A stretch of 61,805 nucleotides of DNA, filler included, from Sphacelaria rigidula (Eukaryota), in the NCBI GenBank assembly GCA_964200075.2. It is 8 parts of 8 records of this genome, joined end to end, with 100 filler letters (N's around TTAATTAATTAA, not from the genome) between each part and the next. Parts side by side here need not be neighbours in the genome. Positions count along the whole stretch, not along the records: positions 30,954 to 38,591 come from CAXNAA020013987.1; positions 38,692 to 46,329 come from CAXNAA020013988.1; positions 46,430 to 54,067 come from CAXNAA020013989.1; 5 more parts are not named here. One strand, given 5' to 3'. Shown here piece after piece: positions 35,440-48,840 of this stretch. A program made the position numbers and the translations under genes. Every line of letters starts with the position of its first letter. Position 1 is the first letter of the stretch. The notes under the pieces are model-generated. The model was not told where the DNA came from and ran no database searches. It saw only the letters and a list, made by a program, of their open reading frames with translations.

Positions 35440-37650
35440 AACCACTACCATTATCACCATTTTATTGACAATGGCCAGTTATAACTGGTACCATTTCCGA
35501 GCTCTAGCAGAGGTGCATTTGTAGGTTCTGTATCGTACTGGAGGACATGAGTAGCAGCGTAATTTTCTCAGCATACCGGTTCTATGTAAGCTGCGTGCCG
35601 TGTGTCTTGACGGTTGGTGATTTTTGTTTTGTCTCTCCCTCCAGATGGGCCGTTCCCTCCCTGACGAACGGTGAAGGCTCGTGTATTTACCCTCCGTGTT
35701 GACCGCTTGCGTGGTTGTTCATCGAAACGTTCCACACGCCGGAGAGCTCATTAGCTACCTAACACTAACAGGACTCTAAGATTCTTCGTTCAAGAACACA
35801 GATGCATGACAGCTGGGTCTGAGAAGTCGCAGCGCTACCCTTGCGGTACTCCTCGTGCTCGGCGGCACGCGCTGTAGGGAGCAGCAGATATGGAAGAAGG
35901 GCCGACTGAGCTAGTTCATGATCCGGATATATACACTGACAAAAAGTACTATTTGGATAGCTCATGAGCTGTCCGACTTTTGAAATGTTCCTTCCCCTCC
36001 ATCATTTTCCCCCTGTCACTGTGTCTCCTTAGTGGCACAAAACCCATTCATGTGGATAATTTTCTAGTCAGTTCATTTTTTTGCGCGAAGCACGATTATA
36101 GCCGCGCGTTTGAGATCGGCACCCGGCAAGATTGAGAACCTCTTCTAAAATCAGGCGAAGAACTAAAACATCGGACATGTCCTGTTTCACTGTATATCAG
36201 CATGAACACACTCACAGGCTCCCCCATGTGCTATAGCTATGACTGTTCTGTGGTGTGTTGAAGACTTTGCGAAGGCGGCGTGGACTCCGCTGGCATTGCC
36301 CGAGTTGCTGTATGGTTGCGTTTGTCTCTTTATAGAAAGTAGTATCAGTCGGGACGCAGTGCTGTCTACGCACTTGGCTGTTGAAAACTTCATGGTGCGT
36401 TGACTATTTTGCCTTCCGTAAAACGAACAAGGCGCTGCCCAGACCCATCACTTGCGCGATATCAAACATGATTTGGTGGAGACACACAACCAGCACCGAT
36501 ACACACCTCTCGACCGGGTGGGTCAGACCCCGTGCTCCGATGAAAAGAGCACCAGACAGCACAGCGGATATGCTGCACAGCCAGGGCACTCACTGATTGC
36601 ATCCGGCAGTTGCTGCTGCTGACATGGGTGCCAGGGCTTGTGCCACGGAAATATGTAATCAGCCATACTAAGATGACGAAATGCCTATACAAGAGCACTG
36701 CAATGACCATCCGCTGTCTACTGCTTCGTTTCTCTGCTGCTGCTCTATTCATTCCGGCGCGACTATTCTTTCATGTACTGTAGTACGTACAGTGCAACGG
36801 GGACTCGACTCTGCGAGTTAATCACAAGCATTTTTCGCACCATAACTCACTACCGTACTAAGACCGTATTTCATTGGCGCTAGACCTGGCCGATTCCTTA
36901 CTGAAAGGCCTCTGATTCGTTGAATTTTTCTATATCACTACGAAAATCTATCGCCTCCTTTGTTTCGACCAGGTATAATGGCGACCGAATAGTTTCCGTA
37001 GATACGGAGAACATCGGGTCTGGTGAAAACGGCGGGACGCATCAGACGTATCCGGTGAGTTGAGAGTTGTTTTGGCATTTACGTGAGGGAATGGAGTTCA
37101 CAGCTTTCCAAGTTCATGGATAGCGTTGACGGCTGAAGTTAATGGTTGCCAAAGGTGGAATTGAAGGTATAGATATAGCGAGAGATTGTTACGTTTTCCG
37201 CTTACTAATATAACATCCAGTCATCATTTACATCATTTTCATCATTATTATCATTGTCGCACATTAGCCCAACCTCTCGAGAACCCGTGGTCACAGGCGT
37301 AGGCTCGCCTTTCCAGTACCGTCACTACTATACCTTTCACATGTAGGGTTTTGACGTATATTAGGTGCGCGGATCGTGGTTGGTACTTCATTGGCAATCG
37401 TGTATGCTTGCAGGGTCATGTTGACCCTTTGAGGGCCAAGTTGGGTCATCCGGGTTTTCATCGTCAATTTTTCGAGTAGAGATGAGGCCAAAATATTCTG
37501 AAAGTATGGAAATCCAAGGGTTCATTCTAGAGCTGTGCGTGCATGAGCCATGGTGTACCTTTTTCTCGCCTTCGGTTGCGTCCTGATCTATACCTTTTCG
37601 TTTCGCACTGAGGCCCGCTGCAGCAGCACGGGGCAAGCGTCAGAAATTTG

Positions 37651-38064
37651 TAGAGCTCGGAAATGGTACCAGTTATAACTGGCCATTATCATTATAATGG
37701 TAATAATGGTTATGGTTATATGAAACTTGGGGATAATGGTTTCAAACCATTATTTACCGTTACCGGCTTTATAAGCCGTTACCGGCTACGTATCCTACAT
37801 GTAGCCTTTGAAAATTGGCCCAAATATCACGATTTTTAGCTCCAAAGAAGCCAAATCACGTAAAAACGTGCCTCCCGCATGGCGCCTCCAGCGGGGCCCT
37901 CCGGGGGCTCTTCCGGCGGGGCCCCCTCTGCCGAGGGGTGCTTTTTGGCTTGTGGCTGCGCCGCTCGATGACCAAACCATTATGTACCATTTACCTGGTT
38001 AATGAGTGCGCTACGCATAACCATTCAAATGGTTATTGGTTAGGCAAACCATTTCCGAGCTGTA
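37651..38064 (+). mobile_element. hAT-type MITE, 414 bp
   Basis: TIR TAGAGCTCGGAAATGGT / ACCATTTCCGAGCTGTA; 8-bp flanks GAAATTTG / GAAATTAG; subterminal AATGGT motifs. Confidence 0.87.
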
Positions 38065-39485
38065 GAAATTAGTCCCCCTCCCACCTGTTTCGCTGTAGTC
38101 GGTATGTTACACTCCTAACCCCTCCCCTCCCTTCCAACGAGTCCGTGATCTGGAGGGATCAAACCATCTCTCCCCCGGTACAATACACGCCTCCTTAGAT
38201 TTTGGTATCGCGGATTGAATCAGCACTACTCCCGCACCGCGTCAACTGTCGTCTATCAAACTCAGGCAAACGGAAACACTTGTGAAGAAATACCCGGGTA
38301 AGGGTAGGGTTTCTAATGTACAACCTCCATACCGTACCCGACATTTTCTGTGAGGTCTCTGAGAATTCCATACCTGTACGGGACAGTTCGGTAACTTGTG
38401 TGCGAAATTTCAGATGCTATTAGACATACCCCTACGCTACACCACACAAGTCTTGGGAATTTTTTCCTCTTTAACCGTCCTCAGGGGAATTCCAGGCGGG
38501 GGGGGGGGGGGGAAGAAATATATGGGAAAGGAACAAATAATAAAAATGGCGCGGAATATAATGGAGAATGGGTCAGGGAGCGGAGAGGGGANNNNNNNNN
38601 NNNNNNNNNNNNNNNNNNNNNNNNNNNNNNNNNNNTTAATTAATTAANNNNNNNNNNNNNNNNNNNNNNNNNNNNNNNNNNNNNNNNNNNNCACCCACAT
38701 ACACCGAAAGGCGTAGACTGGTGCCCAGAATAAATGGGACGACAACACAAACAACACCTACCGACATCATCATGCAATCGAGTCATCCACCCGATATGAC
38801 AACAAGCACGCTTCATCGTCAACCTGCCAAGTTAGAATACCGGTAACCTACACTCTCAGGGATGATAGAAGGTGCAATTCACTAGCGTTAAGATCGGTAT
38901 ATCCCTGTAGAAAGATCTCTACGCCGGTCAGTAAGGTCATCCACCTACTGTACCCAGCCTAAGTCTTTTATATTTCATAACACATGTGAGGTTTTTGCGG
39001 GCATTTTTTTTATTCCCATCATACATCGTCCTACAATACTCCATCTAATTTCTCGTGTTGGCCCACATATTTTGTCAGAAACAACCGCAGCACGGAATGC
39101 ACCAACTATCCTTTCGAGAAACTTTATCCCGCCGAGATGGAAACGTACCCAGCAGTTTTTCAGTCAAACAGTCGCTTCAGCTCAAATCCTCTGACATCTC
39201 AGCCTACTGTTGAAACATGAGAAGAATACTACAGTGTCGCAAATCACATCACCACATCCGTCTGGAACACACTGATCAGCAGCCACCTGCAGGTACGCTT
39301 ACCGCACCCATCACGTTTCATCCCCATGATTGTCATGTAACAATTTGGCTCCACCCACAAAATCACAACCCATCATAGCGCGGATACTGTACTGTAGTCC
39401 CGGGAACTAGAAACACCTTACAAATAAAAAAATCCCCGTGGCACCACTCCATTCGGTGTAGTACTCACGTTTGGGACATGTTTCC

Positions 39486-39702
39486 CGCTGCAATGCGTGA
39501 GAGGACCGCGTGCTGAGAGGACCGCGCCGTAGTTCAAAACACCTCAGCATCGACGTTTTTCAAAACCAATCAGGCCAGTCCCTGCAGGTACCACGCCCCT
39601 GACTATAGCCCCAACACTAACTCTAACCCTAACCCTAACCATAGGGATGTTCAAATTCCGATGCGGTCCTCTAAGAACGCGGCCCTCTCACGCATTACAC
39701 CG
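39486..39702. mobile_element. Small TIR element with an internal (CCCTAA)n tract
   Basis: TGCAATGCGTGAGAGGACCGCGT / ACGCGGCCCTCTCACGCATTACA; CTAACTCTAACCCTAACCCTAACC at ~39617-39640. Confidence 0.7.
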
Positions 39703-40261
39703 CGATGAATCTTCTTTACCTCTTCTCCGCGCACAAGGTAGACGGCGCGCGCCCCCTGCACAGTGTGAGGGCTGAGTGGTGAAGTTTTCGCAGAACACAT
39801 CTCCCACAGGTGCCGTGGATAGCTCAGGAACAAAGCCCACTCCCCAGAGCTGGCCTGAACTGTTCTTTCGACCAATCTCCGCCGGGACGTCCCAAATCCC
39901 GAGCGCGTGATGAGGTGCGTCTCACCACCTGACGTCTTCTCCCCGTCCGCGGGCAGTGCCCCGTGCACTAATCGGGACATCGCTGCCTTTGCTTCACACA
40001 CACTGCCTCTGAAGTCCGCGTCGTCCCCGGTCGCTGTTAGTGGTATGGTCGCGTCCCTTGGTCCTACCATCGTGGTCGAAGGTTTGGACCACACGCCGTT
40101 GGCAAATCAAATGGACCCTCTAGAGAGTAAGTACAAGGCATACGCCTACCATGGTATCAAATCCCACCGCATGTATCTGCCAGAAAACCCGTGAAGACAC
40201 AGGTACCTCTGTATCATGGTTGATCAGTACTGTGGACTACACTGAAAAGGTTGTTCACTCG

Positions 40262-41350
40262 AATATCCCACTCATCATGCTCTCGATCATCCGTCAATTC
40301 CACGATGGTATGCAAGCTCGGGTGCGCACGAACTACGGGGAATACTCGGAATGGTTCGACATCGGACAGGGGCTCCGGCATGGATGCGTCCTAGCACCAC
40401 TAGTCTACTGCTCAATATTTTCTTCACGGCAGTACTCATGGTGGCGCTGGCAACCTTCCGTGATGGCCCTCACATCTCGAGGGACCTGGTGTGAGTTCGA
40501 AAGCGCGAAAAGAGATATTTCCAACAGGAATGAGCGGTAGCATGGGTCGTGCCAGACGTGGCCACAGCGATCGCGGCGGAAGAGGTACGATCCTTATGGA
40601 GCATGCTGTACGCCGATGACGCCTGCATCGTCTCGCGGACATCATCGAGCCTCGAGAAGATGATGACGGTGATTGTGACCATCTGCAGAGAGTTAGGGTT
40701 GACCGTGTCGAAAGCAAAGACGAAGACTATGCGACTGCGTTCACAGGCGGGGTACCTCGACATCAACGCGGCTGGCCAGGTATACAAACAAACAGACAAC
40801 TTTGTATACCTGGGGGGGTCAACTACGGAGAGCGGCGATCTCTCGGTGGAAATAAAATAGCTCGTACAACGGGCACGGTCGAACTACCACCAGTACAACG
40901 TCCGACTCTACAATCGACCGAACGCGGCTGTCCACCTCAAGGTCCGCATGATCAAAGCCGAGGCTGTCGAAGCGCTTCTGTACGGGTGCGTCACATGGAC
41001 CACTCTCAACGGCCACTACAACCTACTGCGCACGGGTCACCATGCATTGCTCAGGCGCTGCCTTGGATGGCGCAAGCGCAATCGCACAGACCACGTTCTG
41101 TTATACCGAGAGACCCTCGCGAGGACAGGGTGCGAACGCATCGATACGACGTTGAGGGGGAGAAGACTCCATTTCGCCGGTTTCGTTACGCGCATATGTC
41201 ACCAAACATGTCATGTTCGGTGAAATTATAGCCGTAAAGGGGCAACAAGGAAGATTTAACGACAGGTACAAGGACTGGATCCGCTGCCCAGCGGTTGACA
41301 TGAAGGCCTTCGGTATCGAATGGCAGGGGTGGACTATCAGAGCCTTAAAT
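40262..41350 (+). mobile_element. RTE-clade LINE reverse transcriptase and C-terminal region, 5'-truncated, with stops and frameshifts
   Basis: [63 protein letters not shown]. Confidence 0.95.
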
Positions 41351-41572
41351 GCAGGATCACCCCCAGCGAGTAATCCAGGGGCACAAGCACTGACTGTGCT
41401 CCCCGGTTCCTATAACAATATTCCATACACCGCCCTGGCTACTACCCGTAGATCATGATCTCGTACCGAGTACCCCAAGCAGAACACAATCCTCAATTGG
41501 TATTGTCGGGGTGATACGGAGTACGTACCTTGTTCATCAGTGGGTGTTATCGACCGTCACTGGTCCAAAAAA

Positions 41573-42415
41573 CCAAGGTTCTGCAAGTTACGCGTGCCAC
41601 AGCGTTACACGTTACGTTCACGTTACGTTTTGGCCGAAATGTAACGTGAGAATGTCATGAGTTTTTCACGTGGTGAACGTAACGTATAACATAACCGGTA
41701 AATTTGCAAATGGAGCGTTAACATAATACTATCGTTGATTCCTTTAAACGTGCCAAACGAAACGTGATGTGAACATTAAGTTGTCCAAATGTTCAAAACA
41801 CGTACTATGAAACGTCTAATGGGACGTGTAACGTCTATTACGTAACACGTGCTTTAGACGATCCATGTGTACTAGACGTTCGTTACACGTTACATGAAAC
41901 GCCAAAATGAACACGTGATATGAAGCGGTGCACACTTCAAGTTTGCAGTGAAATTTGAAATCCTAGAAGATTGTGCCTCAATAAACACGAGTGAGTTTGA
42001 ATGAACGCAGTAACATGAACATGAACGTGTAACGTGCAGTCTTGGAGGATATGACGCGGTCATGAACGAATCAACGACACTGTAGAGAAAGCAACGTTAC
42101 ACACATTCAGATAATGCGCCTACGCTCAAACCTACGACGGGCCACCGTCAGCATCACGTACACGGTACCGTCACGCGTTACATGACACGTTACAACGCTT
42201 TAAACACTGGTTAGTGAGCCGCCACATGCACAGAATGAAACGCTACATTCGAACCTGACATGTGTCAACGAAACAACGTTGTATTAGACGTTACACGTGA
42301 CATTAAAATGTTCCATATATTATATTACGTTACATGTACGAAACGTGACGTGGTTTTTTTTGTGATGAACGTACCGTGAACGTGAACGTGTAACGTACAG
42401 AGTCTTGCGAGAAAC
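41573..42415. mobile_element. Probable non-autonomous DNA element rich in CGTTAC/GTAACG/CACGT motifs
   Basis: Dozens of mirrored ACGTTAC-type motifs; CGTTACACGTT at left versus AACGTGTAACG at right. TSD not resolved. Confidence 0.55.
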
Positions 42416-43103
42416 ACAATTTTTCGGCTCTAGCACAAAATATAGGGGAGGGGGGGGGGGGAAACTTGAGAAAAAAACAAGCATTTCCTTTTGTCCACGA
42501 AAACGATTGGAATTGCTTCAATCGAGCAAAAGTACTCCAGAGTGAGAACCTTGGGCTGGGTAGTCTCAGGACCCCCGAAAACCGTTCAGTCCGTACGTCG
42601 TTCAATAATGAGCGCAGATGTCATCTCACTTCGGAATATAGAGAAGGTGCCTAGTATCTCCTGATCCCCAAACTTTGGGATCAAACGTTCACCGGGGGAT
42701 GAGTGATGGCACGCGAAAACAAATCGAATATCCCCGACTACGAAAACACTACGAAAATCTCATTGTTCATATGTAAACTGCTATACCTCGTTTTTCGTGC
42801 GTTCGAAACCGCTCACACCAGGTGCGTGAAGCCACTTTCATCGGATTCCCTGACCTTTGAGAGCATGGTGCCGGAGTTTCATTGGAAACATCAAGGAAAG
42901 GAAGTTTTCCGCCCACCCATGAATTTTTTCATCTTCATACAGTATCTGCAAAATGTTTCCAGCAACGAAATTTCTTCTCCGAAACACGAACGGCGGCACT
43001 TTACTTCTCATGAAAGTGTTTCCTCATCATTTCGAGAGACCTTTGAAAAAGCCTGGAGAATGAGTTGATGGCACCCGAACGAAGTCGATGAAAGCTCCTC
43101 CTC

Positions 43104-43388
43104 TCACCTTATACAGAGAGCCTGTTCAAGTGTACGAAAGGATATTCCAATGGCTTCGCAGACACTGACATTCCTCTTGTACGACCTCGGCTGATGCGCC
43201 AAAAAGTTGTCGATTGCCGTCCACAATATTAGATAATATGGCAGCACACACGCCGCATCACATGCTGCATGTTGTGCGTGAATGAGATATGGATTTTCTC
43301 GTGGTATGATATTGTACGAAGTATATATCCCTTCGGAGCTGGGTCTAAATATTCCGGATATCAGTGTGCTAGCACAAGCTGATCCCAC
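43104..43388 (-). pseudogene. Possible decayed KDZ (Kyakuja-Dileera-Zisupton)-type transposase fragment
   Basis: SGIF..SSEGI...RENPY...CDAAC.L..Y...AIDNF.AHQ...NVSVCE follows the remembered KDZ motif order; judged by eye only. Confidence 0.35.
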
Positions 43389-46071
43389 ACTGGGAAATAA
43401 ATACAGGGAACAATCACCCGGCTTTGACCTTACTCACCACGTTCTGAGAGAATAATGAGCTGAAAATTTGAGCGAGTGATGAGCTTCAAGAATCCGTACA
43501 TCGTCATACAGCATGTAGGTACCCATGGCACCAACAACCGTGCTTCATCGTCGGCACCCTTTTTAGGGGGGGGTCATCATTAACTGAAGTGAGAGGGGGG
43601 AATACTTGAATATCAATTATTTCGGAATGAATAAAAGGATTCCAGGACGTCAGCTTCTTGACGCCATACGTTTTCAAGCTAATACGGCGGAGGCCTCTCC
43701 ATCTGTTTTTTCCACAGCAACGACCTCCGACGCAAGTCCGACTGCCCAGTCCTTCATTTGTTTCAAGAATGACATGGGTTAACTCAAAATAAAAGCTCTG
43801 ATCGTGTTTTGGAGGGTTCAGGCTTCTTCCGGAGAAACGTCACCGGTGACGATGAAGAATAGTGAGGGTATTTTGTTCGTCATGACGAAGAGCGCGTTGG
43901 GCTCCGTCACGCACCAACGCCTGTCCCCCAAAGTAACTTTGATAGATTCTCAAGCACAAGTACGCGGGATACTCAGCGATTGACTTGCAGTGCCCCACAA
44001 GTCAGACTTTCGTTCACGTTTTATTTGGTGGGGCGTGTTTTTCGTCTCATGACCAAAGTGTCCAGTCTCAACGAGTTTTCGTCTGGCGTACGTAACGCGT
44101 GGTTCTCCCTCGTTTCTGCAAAATAACATGGTCCCTACACAAAATGAGACACAAAACAATGGATTTCGGTATCGACAGCCAACAACAAATGTGTCAAAAC
44201 GAAGAGGCCACACCCATAGCACGCGCTCCGCCTACATGCATTCCCTTCCTTCGCGCGCGCAGCATGGGAGGGTTCATCATCATCTCTATCTTTTCGCCAT
44301 ACTCCCTCCCCTTCACATCTCCCACCCCCACCTACAAAACATACGACCAGCTTGTGACCGTTCCCGTTCTCCTGCCTGAGCTAATCAGACGTGACTTCTA
44401 TGCCTGTCGCGATGTAGCATACATTTGGCTTTTTTCTGCGCACTTCCATACACACACTTACGCCGTGTGAATCATCTCCAACACGGTACACGGGTTCGCT
44501 GCTGTTCGCTATCGGCGACGACTCCGTTAAAATTGCACACGATTGCTCCGTACACCGCCGCAGACTCTTGATGATGTTTTCCCTAAATCAACAACAACAA
44601 TGTACAATAAACACGCTCGTTCGACGTAATTCGTAGTTCCCTCCTCGGCTCTTAAACGCGGCAACATGCAGCTTCCCTGTTCCGCACTGCGCTTCACTTG
44701 TACAAAAGCAATCGACACAAACTATACCATACAGCCAACACATCCTTTTAACTCCCCTATCGTATACACCCAATCAATTCGCCTAGCGTAACACCCGGTC
44801 AAGTCGGCCAAGGTAAGACATTCCTTATCGTCCTCCGTTACTTTTTTTTGCAGTTGGCTTAGGCGACCGCATCCTGCGCGATGCGAGCAGTCTGGTTCAC
44901 GTCTTCGGCCACGGTTGGCTTGGGCAGTCCCATTGAAGATGCGATAGCCCGCACGACCGCCACCATTCCAATCTCGCTGTTGAGCTTGTTCACTGGTGTT
45001 GTCGTGCCACATTTTGTTTTGTTTTACAACGAATATAATACGAGAGAACGAAAAACAACGAGTGTGAGATGCATGGCGACCATGTCTGAACCACTGGGGA
45101 CGCCATGAAACCGTTTGGACAATAAAAAATTATCGTTGTCTCAGAAGATCACTGAGTGGTGTTTTCTCGTTGGGCAATTGACCGCTACTGTTGCACAGAG
45201 GTTAGCACCTTCTGCCATTAACAAAAAAAAAGTCTTATTTCGCAGCTTATTTGAAATTATTTCCTGTGCCCGGGTACACGCGAGTACACGGGCACTTTTG
45301 CGCGAGGAGAGACCCCCAGCAGAGGAGACACATGACCAACGATCACAAGGAACCTTCTGTCGATGTTCCTGGTTCACAGCGGAAATGTAGAGCGGGCGAC
45401 AGCCAAATGGGCGCGAAAAAAAAACATTACACCCGGTTTTTTTCGCACACCGGGTTATTCTCGCACCCCGGGAACACGCGGGTGTATAAGCACTTCAAGT
45501 CCAAGAAAAATCCCCGGCAGAAAGCACACGAAATACGGATCACACGGGACCTTATCTCCATCTTCCTCCTTCAAAGGTGAAGCGTGGACCACCGGTCGAG
45601 AATCAGTCCATTGCAAAATCATATTCTCCGCGCTCGTATAGAAGATGGGGGTTATCGATGGATATGATCGTGGGCGCCTTCTAGATGCGACACGATTGGG
45701 TGATGGCGTGCGATGCCGGTCGAGAAATGTTCATCATGCCAAGGCAGTAGAACACGGGATGCTCGGGGGGGGAGGGAAAATATCATAGTCGTCCAGGTGC
45801 GAGTACTGTATTCGGAAAACCACCGAAGACAAACGATACCACGCAATATAGTAAAGCCACATGGAAACTGCCAGGGGCGAGACATATGGGCACAGTCCCC
45901 TCTCCCCACATCCGGGGCAAAACATCACCATTACTCGAGCACCTACCCCCTTGAATTCTCACCAATGACGTGGCTGCTTGTGACTTCATGTTTAATGTCC
46001 GAACACCCACAAGCTTAAAATAGGCAGCACTAACGTCAAGCGCACCCTTTTCACTTCGATGGAGCGCCTAC

Positions 46072-46238
46072 CTGCTGACCCTACTCCAACGCCTCTGGCT
46101 CCTGCGGCCAGGGCCATGGGAGCAGTGATGTCGCTCAGCCCGGAGGCGGCCATCACGGGAATGTCGACGGCCCGAGATATCGCGTGCGCGGCGGCAAGGG
46201 TTGGCGCCGCTCGCTCGATGGCGCCTTGAACTCCACCC
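46072..46238 (-). CDS. ycf23: Ycf23 / DUF561 family protein exon (nuclear, intron-flanked)
   Basis: GGVQGAIERAAPTLAAAHAISRAVDIPVMAASGLSDITAPMALAAGARGVGVGSA; CAG acceptor and GTAGG donor on the minus strand. Confidence 0.88.
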
Positions 46239-47984
46239 CTGTTGTTGAGTAAAATAAACAAAGAATATGATGGTCTTACTTGGCGTGTCGCATGGCCTTT
46301 GGGGTCATTTTCTCGGGGGGGGGGGGTGGNNNNNNNNNNNNNNNNNNNNNNNNNNNNNNNNNNNNNNNNNNNNTTAATTAATTAANNNNNNNNNNNNNNN
46401 NNNNNNNNNNNNNNNNNNNNNNNNNNNNNTGCGAGGAGGGGGAGGGGGTGCTGATAGTCATGATCCGTAGTCATGATCCAATGTCTGGATGCAATGCGGG
46501 TTTCGGGGGGGGAAAACTATGTGTTGGATTTCTCGGAGACTGACTGCGGGCTTGTACCGAGAAAGAGGGTGTTACTGAAAAATGCATGGTGAAGATCAAC
46601 ATATATGTTTTTATCGTGTACGTATTTGTAACGAGTCCGTCATCACCGAGAGATTAGCCCATCCCTCTTCGTGTACCTGCGTGGCACTTTTGGTAACGCG
46701 GATTGGGTCGGAGCTTCGTCGTCGCGTTCGCTCTGGTAGAAGTTTCGTTCGCGTGCTTGGATGGATCCTCGCGGTTCTAACCATGGAGAACCAGATTTAT
46801 GCCGGGGGGGGGAGGTGTACTCATGATCATGCATGCCATAGTCATCAGACCATTGACCGGGGGGGGGGGGGGAGGGGAACCTGCTCTTCTTAATAGTGTA
46901 CGTCGGAACTCGAGCCCGGAACCTTCGGCCCTCGCTGGATTGCAAGGTGACTTGTTGAATGCCTGGCTGGTCACACACGATCGCAGCAGATCACAACATA
47001 TGGCCAATACATGCAATAGACCAAAAATGCACTGGGTTGAGTATAAGCCTGTTGCATCTATTGTTTGTCGATGGATGCAATAGACCAAAAATGTACTGGT
47101 TTTGGTATAGGCTTATTGCATCTATTGACCATATGTATTGTCACTGTCCAGTGTGTGAAGAGCTTCGCGTCGTGTCTCGACCAGGTGCTTGAGTCTCTCT
47201 GCATTTTGGGCATCGTTCACACTGTGCCTTACTGAGCATATGAAAAACGATGTACGACAGAACCACTGCAATGCTCGTTGCGTTGAGTATAATATATGTT
47301 GTGCTTCACGGTCGTAGTCCCCAAGCCTGGGGGGCGGGGCGGTGGTTAGTGTGCCTCATCCAGGTGTCGTGGTGGTGTTGTCATCGCAGTTACGCAACAG
47401 TACTGCTTCACTGGTTCACCTTACCACAGGGGAACAGCCCACACAAAATGCATGGTGTTGGCGCAGTATCATGGGAGCAGCAGGAACAGCCAACTAGCGG
47501 CGTGAATGACTCAACGAGATAGTAACAGCTCCCCTCCATCCACGTTCCCCCCGTCCCAAGTAGATTGTGAGGTGTCAATCATTCGCCAGAAGTCGAATTC
47601 TGATCATTCTGATCAGCAACCTTTCACACTGTAATTTCTACCACCCCACCCCATACCGGGAGAGATATTGCCTACGCACTCTTGTCGAGGAAGCGGGGGG
47701 GGGAGTTGAAAGCATGAATGAAAAACAAATTGCTATGATTCATCGTAGTGAAAACCTTAGTTGTGCTCTCAAAACATTTTTTTGTAGCTCAATCCACGGG
47801 TCCTTCAGGCTCACCCCACCCCCCACCCGCCGGCGTGCTCCGTCCCGGCTTCGTAGGGATGCGTCGTCCATGGTCATGTGACTACGGCATGCAAGATTTT
47901 GAGTACCCCCCTCCCCCCCGCGCCCGTCCTTCCTGCTGCCGTCGAACTCCCTGACCGGACCACTGTGTACACACCATGCGTCAG

Positions 47985-48398
47985 GAATATGCCGAGATAG
48001 ACCCTACCGTCAGAGGAGGCTACGACTTTCTAGACGCTGCTCTCATGCTCGCGGGAAACAACGCCCGACGCCCACCCCCCGACATGGCAGCGAAGGCCAA
48101 GAGAGCCCTCGCCCGGGCCGGGGTGCTCAGGGCGACGAGCGTCAGAGTACGACACTGCTCGCACGCCTACGCCCTTGTGCTCACCGTGGCCGCTACCGCG
48201 GCGAAGGCAGCTGCCGCCGCAGCTTCGGCGGTTGCCGGGGCGGCGGTTGGGGGCGGCGTTGGGAGCGGGGGCGGGAGCGGAAATGACTGGAAGCTGGTGT
48301 ATAGTGGAGATTGTCGGCCTTGCGATGAGCTTGTGAGGGAGGGGAAGGGAGCGGCCGTGCTGATCCATGAAGCTACGTTCGACGAGTCCAAAGCGCAG
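47985..48398 (+). CDS. tRNase Z (ELAC2/Trz1-like metallo-beta-lactamase fold) exon
   Basis: [12 protein letters not shown]...[12 protein letters not shown]...LIHEATF; 414 nt, CAG / GT borders. Confidence 0.92.
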
Positions 48399-48480
48399 GT
48401 GTTGCATGTGCTGAATGCATCGGTTGTGGGTGGCTGTGGGTGGTACTGACACCATCAACAAAAGACTTTCCCTCAATGTT

Positions 48481-48559
48481 TTTGTTGTTGTTGCCATTGC
48501 CGTTGCTGTTGCTGTTATGTTGTCGTTGTCGTCGTCGTCGTTGTTGTTGTTGTTGCTGT

Positions 48560-48590
<31 letters not shown>

Positions 48591-48713
48591 ATTATTAACT
48601 TACCCCAATTCGCCTTCATCTACAATACTCCGTATATATATATATATCAAATGGTGCCATCTCCTTATTCCCACCTTGCTTTTATCTTACCAGCCTGGCT
48701 TCCTTGTGTGTGT

Positions 48714-48758
<45 letters not shown>
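48481..48758. repeat. Compound intronic microsatellites (GTT/GTC/GCT)n and (GT)n
   Basis: Read directly from the sequence. Confidence 0.95.
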
Positions 48759-48759
<1 letters not shown>

Positions 48760-48840
48760 CTCCTGAGAGCAGTTCTCGTCCCCAATGAGCACAACCTCGC
48801 GATTACATAACCATTGATGATAACATGTCGATTTGGTCAG

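Larger units (their letters stand above)
32543..35506 (-). mobile_element. hAT-type MITE (inverted copy of 37651-38064) split by a 2.4-kb nested insertion
   Basis: 32543-33031 plus 35440-35506 rejoin into the reverse complement of 37651-38064. TIR TAAAGCTCGAAAATGGT / ACCATTTCCGAGCTCTA. Confidence 0.8.

Noticed and set aside
35645-35670. Possible next TM9SF exon after a strong polypyrimidine-CAG
   Set aside because: The translation (WAVPSLTN) does not resemble the expected continuation; unsupported without RNA data.
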